Assembly (NCBI GenBank): GCA_035529405.1
Contig: DATKWV010000053.1
Span: forward strand, 1-36,857
DNA length: 36,857 bases
Direction of reading: 5' to 3'
From: Sedimentisphaerales bacterium
GTDB taxonomy: Bacteria; Planctomycetota; Phycisphaerae; Sedimentisphaerales; Anaerobacaceae
Within the stretch, counting starts at the first letter, position 1, and every line of letters begins with the position of its first letter. Of this stretch, positions 8,544 through 15,599 are shown one piece after another. Below the pieces are notes generated by a model, which worked only from the letters and a program-made list of their open reading frames with translations, was not told the origin of the DNA and searched no databases. The position numbers were made by a program, and so were the translations under genes.

Positions 8544-9686
8544 TCAACTATGGCACGGAACTTTCGGCTTAACCAGAAGCTGCCAGAAATGCCGGGGCAT
8601 TCGCTGTGCCATTTTAAGCGCTCCGTTTGCGCCGGCAAAGACCGGCTCTTCGGCACATGTTACCCTGCCGCCGCCAAGCTCGTTCATCCCCTGCTCGATG
8701 AGGGTCTTTAGACCTGTCATTTGACTTCCGCCGCCGGCCAGTATCACATTGCTGCGGATGCCCTCCTGAAATTCAGGGTCATAGGTGGCAATCAGGCGCC
8801 CTATCGAGTTGATGATACCGGGCACAATACTTCTGCAGGCTGTTCGCAGCTCGCCGGTTATGTCGAAATCCTTCGGTCTGCCCTGCACCGGAAAGCGCGC
8901 CATAACGCGGTCGGCGTTATCCGAAACGAAACCATACCGTTCTTTCAGGGCCCTGACCATGTTGATATTGAATTGGGCGCTGGGATATTTTCTGCGAATA
9001 AGCTCCGACAGTTTTTCATCGACAAAATCACCGGCCTGGTCGAGGGTAATCTGGTCCTGGGCTTCGGGCAAGGTACCGTGCAGGCGGCAGAGGTCAACCG
9101 TTCCGGCGCCGATGTCGATAATCAGCGCGCGGTCGAGGATACCCAGGCCGTAAGCAACGGAAAACGGTTCGGAAACAATCATAACCGCGTCGAGTATTCC
9201 TCTGGCGGCCTCGATAAGAACGCGTTTGCTTGAAATGCTGGCCCGTGCCGGCGCCCCGATTACGCCATAGACAGGCTGGTCGGGCCTGCAGTTTGTCCGC
9301 TGCAGCAGATGACGGACCAGCTGCTGGGCGGCAACAAGGTTTTTGTTCTGCCCGGCCCTGCCGTCATTTCTTATTACGCCGTGTTCCAGCGGCCGCACAA
9401 GCTCCAGTGACAGCCGGTGCTTCAGTGCCAGGTCGCCGAACAAGGGCTCGGCACCGAGCAGCTCCTCGGAGATATTGTCTTTGGGATAGCCGACATAAGT
9501 AGGCACTACTTCGCGCACCCCGTTGCTGGCGGCTATGGATGCCCGCGACGTACCCAGGTCGATACCCACGAAGACCGCTTCATCGCCGGCGGCAAACGCG
9601 CCGAAAGTCTCGGACAACGGATACCCTTGGCTGATTTTTTCCGATGCCGGTTTGCTAACGTGTTTTTTAACCTGTTTTTTTGCCAT
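8544..9686 (-). CDS. mamK: Actin-like filament protein MamK
   Basis: GIDLGTS, VGYPKD, IGAPARAS, VSEPFSVAYGLG, DIGAGTVDLC, LAGGGS and a C-terminal P..FWQLL are collinear with remembered MamK motifs (GIDLGTS, VVGYPKD, IGVPARAS, VSEPFMVGYGL, DIGAGTTDIC, AGGGS, PPQYWRQL). Confidence 0.85.
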   Translation of the reverse strand: MAKKQVKKHVSKPASEKISQGYPLSETFGAFAAGDEAVFVGIDLGTSRASIAASNGVREVVPTYVGYPKDNISEELLGAEPLFGDLALKHRLSLELVRPLEHGVIRNDGRAGQNKNLVAAQQLVRHLLQRTNCRPDQPVYGVIGAPARASISSKRVLIEAARGILDAVMIVSEPFSVAYGLGILDRALIIDIGAGTVDLCRLHGTLPEAQDQITLDQAGDFVDEKLSELIRRKYPSAQFNINMVRALKERYGFVSDNADRVMARFPVQGRPKDFDITGELRTACRSIVPGIINSIGRLIATYDPEFQEGIRSNVILAGGGSQMTGLKTLIEQGMNELGGGRVTCAEEPVFAGANGALKMAQRMPRHFWQLLVKPKVPCHS

Positions 9687-9782
9687 CGCTTTCGCCCCTT
9701 CCCTGGAAATTACATTTCAATTCAATGATTCCACTATTAAATATCGGTTTACGCCTCGAAAAAAGTACAAACAAATATCATT

Positions 9783-10235
9783 TTACGCGCCGGCCGATTC
9801 GTCACCGGCTGCGACAAGTTCGGGCTTTTGTATTGCGATATTATCCCTGAATACGCTTGCAAGCAGGGCTTTTTCGTCGCTGGTGAGCGACTGGGCGCCT
9901 TTAAGGCAAGCCATTGCCTGCCACATATCTGCTTCGGTAACGGGTCCTGCTGCGCTAAGTGGGGTGATTTTCTTTTCGAGGGCCTGTATGGTCTCAGCCA
10001 TAATCTGCAGGCGGTGCTCAAGCTTTGTCTGTGTAAGCTCGGCTTCCTGATGTACCAGGCGCATTAATTCCTGCGTAGTCAGCGACTGTTCAGTTTTCTT
10101 CGGCTGGCGGCGGGGGTGGAATTTCACAGTGGATTGCCTGACCGCTTTCTGCGCCGAGCCGAACAGGCTGAAACCGCCGCCAATAACCTTTCCCATCCCG
10201 CAGGCAAAATTACGACAAATATTGTTAAAACTCAT
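9783..10235 (-). CDS. Hypothetical protein, no family recognised
   Basis: GGGAG lies 5 nt upstream of the ATG. The 150-aa product has an N-terminal Gly/Cys-rich segment and then a helical region. It is co-directional inside the cluster. Confidence 0.55.
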   Translation of the reverse strand: MSFNNICRNFACGMGKVIGGGFSLFGSAQKAVRQSTVKFHPRRQPKKTEQSLTTQELMRLVHQEAELTQTKLEHRLQIMAETIQALEKKITPLSAAGPVTEADMWQAMACLKGAQSLTSDEKALLASVFRDNIAIQKPELVAAGDESAGA

Positions 10236-10255
10236 TTCAACTCCCGCTGCACCAG

Positions 10256-10615
10256 TTAAAGGTTCTCAAGTACACGCCGATATACATCGGGCATCTTCAT
10301 TGGGCCTGATTGGGCCTGCGCTTTTGCTACCAGCTGTTCTGCTATTTTGCCGAGTTCGTTCTTGAGCGCCTGTCGCTTTTCCGGGCCGGCGCTTCTTAGC
10401 CTGGCTGCCAAAGAAACAATTTTAGTCATCTGGGCCAAAGTAGCCGCATTGCACACTTTTTCAACTTCCGGTCTTACGACATCTTCAAGCTTGCGGTCTT
10501 TGGTTAATTGTCTGATAAACTCGCTTTCCGAATCGGCGGTTTCCAAGACCTTAATCGCCTCTTGTGTAAGCCAGGATATTAGTTTTTGTTTTAACGGGTT
10601 TACTGCCATAAGCAC
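10256..10615 (-). CDS. Hypothetical soluble helical protein, no family recognised
   Basis: The 119-aa ORF has plausible helical protein composition. The start is either GTG at 10615 or ATG at 10609. Confidence 0.5.
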   Translation of the reverse strand: MLMAVNPLKQKLISWLTQEAIKVLETADSESEFIRQLTKDRKLEDVVRPEVEKVCNAATLAQMTKIVSLAARLRSAGPEKRQALKNELGKIAEQLVAKAQAQSGPMKMPDVYRRVLENL

Positions 10616-10697
10616 ATACGGTTACATTTCCGAGCACACCGCCTTACCAAGACCGGCAAATGCTCAGCCGTCCGTGACCGAAAATAATCAGGTTATC

Positions 10698-10922
10698 TTA
10701 CCACTGCCGGGGGTCTTGGCCCTGGTACATTTGCCGCCCCCCCCATTCTTCAAGCACTTCCACACGCGCTTCCAAACGGCGCAGTTGAAGGTCGCGCTGC
10801 TGCTGCCTGTCCCGCATGTAAAGCAAAAGGACCGTAACGGCAATAATCGCAACGGCAATAACAAGCATTTTCTTATTCTTGGCGTCTAAAGTATTGTCCT
10901 GGCTCATAACTGCTGTCCCCAC
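10698..10922 (-). CDS. Small single-TM protein, paralogue A, with a YxRDRQQxR...VLEEWG juxtamembrane motif
   Basis: Sequence reads LVIAVAIIAVTVLLLYMRDRQQQRDLQLRRLEARVEVLEEWG. It is a paralogue of 11021..11251. The likely start is the ATG at 10907. Confidence 0.65.
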   Translation of the reverse strand: MGTAVMSQDNTLDAKNKKMLVIAVAIIAVTVLLLYMRDRQQQRDLQLRRLEARVEVLEEWGGRQMYQGQDPRQW

Positions 10923-11020
10923 TGATTGATTTCAAAAACGTTCTGCGACTATTTTTAATTACATGTGTAAATTCCAGGCGCATTACCGCCGCCCGTATCG
11001 CGTAGCCGACGCTGCCGAGG

Positions 11021-11251
11021 TCAGAGAATCTGGTCGCCCTGGGCCTGCGGGGTATTGGTCTGCTGGTTTTGCGGCGGTCCCCATTCTTCCAGGACATCGA
11101 CCTGCCTGTCAAGACGGCGTAAATCAAGTTCACGTTTCTGCTGCCTGTCACGGAAGTAGAAAAAGACTATAATCATCACTACAACCGTAACGGCAATAAT
11201 CAGAACGTTATTTTTTCTGCCTTCGGATACCTCTTCGTTTGGCTTAATCAT
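11021..11251 (-). CDS. Small single-TM protein, paralogue B, with the same motif
   Basis: GAAAGGA lies 9 nt upstream of the ATG. Sequence reads LIIAVTVVVMIIVFFYFRDRQQKRELDLRRLDRQVDVLEEWG. Confidence 0.7.
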   Translation of the reverse strand: MIKPNEEVSEGRKNNVLIIAVTVVVMIIVFFYFRDRQQKRELDLRRLDRQVDVLEEWGPPQNQQTNTPQAQGDQIL

Positions 11252-11269
11252 AACAACGGTCCTTTCATT

Positions 11270-11503
11270 TTACCTGTCAGCCGCGGCCCTGGCAGCCGAT
11301 TCATTGGTTCTGCTTGCGGTTTTCCAGGCATCGTACATCGACCAGGCCATCACGGCCACCAGCCCGATGCCGTAAGTAAATAATCCCAGCACAACTCCGA
11401 TTACCAGAATAACCAGCCCTTTTATTACCCGGCCAAGGTACATATGGCCGGTCCCCAAAAACACAAGATTAAGCAGACAGGCAAGTGTGGGGTCTTTGCG
11501 CAT
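11270..11503 (-). CDS. Small two-TM membrane protein (TM2-like, LGTGHMYLG motif)
   Basis: A perfect AGGAGG lies 6 nt upstream of the ATG at 11503. The longer track ORF starting at 11545 would overlap the upstream gene. Confidence 0.65.
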   Translation of the reverse strand: MRKDPTLACLLNLVFLGTGHMYLGRVIKGLVILVIGVVLGLFTYGIGLVAVMAWSMYDAWKTASRTNESAARAAADR

Positions 11504-11516
11504 ACTTTTCCTCCTT

Positions 11517-11807
11517 TCAATCCTTGAGTTTTTCATCCTCGTCATACGAAACTACTGCAGGGTGTTTAAGTTCGTCTATTTCTCTTTCCATGCGTCGAAT
11601 TGTCTCTTTCATCTTCGACTGTTTGACTAAACCCAGAACCGACGAAATTACCATTCCCACCAAAAGCGAAAGCAATATGATGATAATCAGCGGCACCTGC
11701 TGGGCCTGCCAGCTGAGAAACTGCAGGGATACTGGATTGGGATTCTGTATGGTCACCAGTATAAGTGCCAGCGCAACCAACAATATAATAATCAGCTGTT
11801 TCTGCAT
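11517..11807 (-). CDS. LapA/DUF1049-like small inner-membrane protein
   Basis: AAGGAGG lies 5 nt upstream of the ATG. There are two TMs flanking the NPNPVSLQFLSWQ motif, then a charged C-terminal helix. Confidence 0.65.
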   Translation of the reverse strand: MQKQLIIILLVALALILVTIQNPNPVSLQFLSWQAQQVPLIIIILLSLLVGMVISSVLGLVKQSKMKETIRRMEREIDELKHPAVVSYDEDEKLKD

Positions 11808-11822
11808 AGCGGCCTCCTTTGT

Positions 11823-14429
11823 TTACCACCGATATATAACGCTTATGTAAATACTGGATATAACCAGGAAAATCAGCATTATGGGCAGGCCCAGATGCGC
11901 AAACTCATGAAAAGTCAGCCTTGCAGGGACCTGGCTGTCATCTTCAGCCGCCGACAACGGCCGGCCCTGTTCCTTAACGAATTTATCGAACAGCGTGGCG
12001 GTGACACTGCCGGCCGTTGCGCCGACCAGCGTGCCGCTGGAGCCGGCGCAGACTCCCAGTGAAAGCGACCACCAGTAAATATTATGGGGAGCCGCGCTTT
12101 TAAGCGCCATCACCACCGGCAGAAACAAGGCCGTGGTCGGGCCGGCATTGAGAAAACAGGTCACCAGTGCCGCCGCCCACATCAGCAAAAGACACAGTAC
12201 CAGCAGATTTCCGAAAGACAGGTGCGCGATGATATCCGATATATAACCAAGAAGCCCCGCTGCCTCCGCGGCCCCCACGAGCACGAAAAGGCCGGAGAAA
12301 AACAAAACATCACGGATACTGACTTTCTCGAGAAGTCTGAACGGCTCACATTCGCTGGCCGCCAGGGCGATAACTCCGCCGGCAAGAGCGATGATAGCCG
12401 GCGAGCAGCTCAGATAATCGGAAATCAAAAAGCCCACAATAACAATGCCTAAAATAACAAGACCCCTGTTCAGTGCGCCGGGGTTTTTAATGGTTGTGGG
12501 CAATGAGTGCTTGAGATTAGTGAAAAACCGGTCTTGGTCGTCAGTGCTGTCACCGGCCAACCGGTCAAAATCCGGGTCCGGCACCCGGCAATTGTCATAC
12601 TCATCAGGCCCTGCGGCCTCTAAAGGCCGGCTGTTTACCCTGCTTTTGGAACTTTTGAACAGGGAAGGCTTTGCGATGCGCAGGTACACCAGAAGAACAA
12701 ACAATTCCAGCAGACAAATCGGAAGCATATACGAGGTAAACTGGTAGAATGGCACGCCCGCCTCGGCGCCTATAATCATGTTGGGAAAATCGCCGACCAT
12801 GGTCGAAGCGCCGCCGAGATTGGAGGCAATAACCATACTGATTAAAAAAGGCCTGGCGTCAAAATTGAGATATTTCGATAATTTCAGCACCATCGGCGCC
12901 ATCAGCATAATGGTTGTAAGATTGTTGACTACCAGCGAAAAACAATACGTCACAAGGCAGAAAAGCCACATTACCTTCCACTTGTCGCCGCCGGTGGCAA
13001 TGGTTATCCTTTTGGCAAGGTACTCGAGAGCGCCGGCCTCGTCCAGCACGCCGGTAACCAGCTGCATTCCGACAATAAAACAAAGTACATCCAGCTTGGT
13101 CAACAGTGCCGAGGCGATGCGGTCCTGGTCGTAAAATCCGACATGGTAGCCCATGACAGCTATAACTATCGCGCCCAGAACAAACAGCACCACCCGGTCA
13201 AGGATGTTTCTGTACACTAAATAATAAATAAGGGCAAAGATAAGCAGAACCAGTACCACCTCAGCCAGAGAACCGCTGCCGGGTAAAAAGTAAACGGCCT
13301 TGGCCGCGTGCACCGTAAGCTGTTTTTCACGTCCCTCTCGCAGCACGGTCAGCTTGATTTTTTTCGACTGACAAAGCTGCGGTGCGATTTTGTCAAAGAA
13401 GGCCCTGTCGGTTATTCTGTTGCCGTCGATGCTGACAATTACATCACCGCGTCTAAGCCCGGCATGTTCTGCGGGTGAATTGTTTTGTATATAGTTGACT
13501 ATTTCGCCGCGTCTTTGAGGTACTGTGCGCTGGGCAGCCACCACCGGATTGGCTGCCAGAAGCTCGGCGCCCAGCCACGTACATACAGGCTCGACAGGTC
13601 CCTGGCTCCATTGGGGGATGGGTAATGCTGAAAGGAAATTCTCCGCCTGGGCGGCACTGATTGCGTAGCTGAACGAAGCCGGCGCACCGGCCGGACGAAC
13701 AAAAGGCAGTGCCAGGGCGATTACATAGCCGTTTAAATCAACCAGCGGCCCGCCGGCGTTTTCAGCATCAAGGGATATATCCGTCTGGACCAAATCCCGA
13801 TACCTGGTTTTTTTGCCTGTGCGTGCGAGGTGTTCCTGCCCCGGGGCGTTCTCAACGACCAGCGTTTGACGTCTTTTGGTAATAGTGCCGGTTTTTGTCG
13901 TCAGCTCCCAGCCCGAAGGCGTTCTTTTGCCGCCTATGGCAACGATGCTGTCGCCTCTTTTAATGTGGGACAAATCCGCAAGTTGCGCAGGTTCGAATTC
14001 TTCAGTCCCTGCGGTATTACCGGCGCTTGCCTTAAGCAGCGTCAGGCTCGTCAGTTTGTCGCTGGTTATCACGCTGGCGTCGTACTTGTTATTTTTGTAG
14101 TCGATAACGTACAAAGACTGGATATCCGGTGTTAATGGTGCCGAGGTTAAGAGGAAACCGCCCCTATCGACAATCACCCCGCAGCCGATGACGCTTATGT
14201 GGGTGTCAATGCCCTGCTTCTTGACGGCCCACAGGCTCACCACGCTGGGACCGGCCTGTGCCAGGGCCGGTTCCGGATTACATACAAGTTGAGCCTCAGG
14301 CGGTTGAATCGACCGGGACCTGAACTGTTCCCACAACACCCACAGAACAATCAAAACGGCAAACAGCGACAGAACCGTTATCCACGATTTAATATATTTT
14401 GTCGCCATTGATTCCTTCAGGTTTCTCAT
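11823..14429 (-). CDS. mamO: MamO-like degenerate trypsin domain + PDZ + ArsB/NhaD/CitMHS-type (MamN-like) permease, fused in one 868-aa protein
   Basis: The HtrA-like fold is recognisable, but the catalytic positions read LLTSAPL (no His), SLTLLK (no Asp) and ENAGGPL (Ser to Ala). The PDZ has SPAEHAGLRRGDVIVSIDG. The C-terminal ~480 aa is polytopic, with SLVVNNLTTIMLMAP and ASNLGGASTMVGDFPN. Confidence 0.75.
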   Translation of the reverse strand: MRNLKESMATKYIKSWITVLSLFAVLIVLWVLWEQFRSRSIQPPEAQLVCNPEPALAQAGPSVVSLWAVKKQGIDTHISVIGCGVIVDRGGFLLTSAPLTPDIQSLYVIDYKNNKYDASVITSDKLTSLTLLKASAGNTAGTEEFEPAQLADLSHIKRGDSIVAIGGKRTPSGWELTTKTGTITKRRQTLVVENAPGQEHLARTGKKTRYRDLVQTDISLDAENAGGPLVDLNGYVIALALPFVRPAGAPASFSYAISAAQAENFLSALPIPQWSQGPVEPVCTWLGAELLAANPVVAAQRTVPQRRGEIVNYIQNNSPAEHAGLRRGDVIVSIDGNRITDRAFFDKIAPQLCQSKKIKLTVLREGREKQLTVHAAKAVYFLPGSGSLAEVVLVLLIFALIYYLVYRNILDRVVLFVLGAIVIAVMGYHVGFYDQDRIASALLTKLDVLCFIVGMQLVTGVLDEAGALEYLAKRITIATGGDKWKVMWLFCLVTYCFSLVVNNLTTIMLMAPMVLKLSKYLNFDARPFLISMVIASNLGGASTMVGDFPNMIIGAEAGVPFYQFTSYMLPICLLELFVLLVYLRIAKPSLFKSSKSRVNSRPLEAAGPDEYDNCRVPDPDFDRLAGDSTDDQDRFFTNLKHSLPTTIKNPGALNRGLVILGIVIVGFLISDYLSCSPAIIALAGGVIALAASECEPFRLLEKVSIRDVLFFSGLFVLVGAAEAAGLLGYISDIIAHLSFGNLLVLCLLLMWAAALVTCFLNAGPTTALFLPVVMALKSAAPHNIYWWSLSLGVCAGSSGTLVGATAGSVTATLFDKFVKEQGRPLSAAEDDSQVPARLTFHEFAHLGLPIMLIFLVISSIYISVIYRW

Positions 14430-14444
14430 CGACCCCTGCTGAGC

Positions 14445-15344
14445 TTACTTTTCCCGGGTTTCGGTATGAGATTTACAGGCGATTGTTATGTCTTCAAGGT
14501 GCTTTATCTGGTTGGTGAGTACGGTTCTTACCTCGCGGGCAATACTGTTGCTTTTCTCAACGGTGATTCTCGGGTTTACAAGAATCTGCAGGTCAGCCAG
14601 ATACTGCCGGCCCATGCCCCGCGTTTTCAGATAGCCGATACCCTTAACACCAGGTACAGCGGTTACCAGCTTTCTGATTCGGCTGACTTCTTTGGAATGC
14701 AGAGGTGCATCCATTAGTCCGTGCAGGTTCTTGCTGAGCAATTCGAATCCGACTTTACCCACGAGAAGACCGACCAGCAAGGCTGCCAGCGGGTCTAATG
14801 ACCGAAAGCCGAACTGTGCGCCGAGCACGCCGAAAAACACCGGTATGGAAGATAAACAGTCCGCGCGATTGTCCCAGGCCTCGGCTTCTATGGCTGCGCT
14901 GTTGACGCGCCTGCCGGCGCAAATGGCATATCGAAACATCATCTCATTGACCACGATGGATATTGCCGCGGCGGCTAATGCAATGAAGTGCGGCGTGGGG
15001 TGATGAACTCCGTTAAGCAGATGACCGCCTGATGAAACAACTATCCAGGCCGCCCCTGCCAGCAGGACTATCCCTATAAAAGCTCCAGAGATGAATTCGG
15101 TCTTGCCGTGACCGTAGGGGTGTGTTTTATCGGGGGGCTTTTTTCCCAGACGTATGGCAATAAGCGTTACTACCGAGTCCAGAACGTCGGCACCCGAATG
15201 TAAGGCATCGGCAAGCACAGCCAGACTGCCGCTGACAACGCCTATTACGGCCTTGAAGGCACACAAGAACACGTTGCCCCAAAGGCACACCCATATTGCC
15301 CTGTTAGCGCATTTTCTGCATTTTTCGTCGATTACTACTGCCAT
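14445..15344 (-). CDS. mamB: CDF transporter, MamB-like
   Basis: CRKCAN, ADALHSGADV, THPYGHGKTEF, VNEMMFRYAICAG, AWDNRADCLSS and HGLMDAP closely follow remembered MamB motifs (CRDCR, ADSLHSGADV, VNELMYRYQICVG, AWDNRSDAISS, HGLMDSS). Confidence 0.85.
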   Translation of the reverse strand: MAVVIDEKCRKCANRAIWVCLWGNVFLCAFKAVIGVVSGSLAVLADALHSGADVLDSVVTLIAIRLGKKPPDKTHPYGHGKTEFISGAFIGIVLLAGAAWIVVSSGGHLLNGVHHPTPHFIALAAAAISIVVNEMMFRYAICAGRRVNSAAIEAEAWDNRADCLSSIPVFFGVLGAQFGFRSLDPLAALLVGLLVGKVGFELLSKNLHGLMDAPLHSKEVSRIRKLVTAVPGVKGIGYLKTRGMGRQYLADLQILVNPRITVEKSNSIAREVRTVLTNQIKHLEDITIACKSHTETREK

Positions 15345-15392
15345 GCCCCGAGGTCCTGTTTAGCCGGCTGGACAGTGACATAGAAGGGCCGC

Positions 15393-15599
15393 CTATTGCC
15401 GCACTATGTCCAGCAGAACTACCCTGGCTACATCAATATTCGCGACCACGGTCTTGAAAGCCCGAATATCGTTCACTTTCTGATTATTGACCTTCTTAAC
15501 CACATCTGCCGGCGCAATGCCGGCCTCCATTGCTCCATTTTTACCTGATAGTATGACAGGTAGCGCACCGGCCGCGGTAACGATGAGGGGCCGTTGCAT
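15393..15599 (-). CDS. Orphan partial PDZ-like ORF in the +1 frame relative to the end of the mamE-like gene. It may be a separate overlapping gene or a frameshifted MamE C-terminus.
   Basis: LPVILSGKNGAMEAGIAPADVVKKVNNQKVNDIRAFKTVVANIDVARVVLLDIVRQ aligns residue-for-residue in pattern with the PDZ of 5714..6343. It overlaps the upstream CDS by 59 nt. Confidence 0.4.
   Translation of the reverse strand: MQRPLIVTAAGALPVILSGKNGAMEAGIAPADVVKKVNNQKVNDIRAFKTVVANIDVARVVLLDIVRQ

Noticed and set aside
10873-11151. A 92-aa minus-strand ORF spanning the two small paralogous genes.
   Set aside because: It is in a different frame from two ORFs that are mutually homologous and RBS-supported. Its product is Arg-rich with no TM and no motif.
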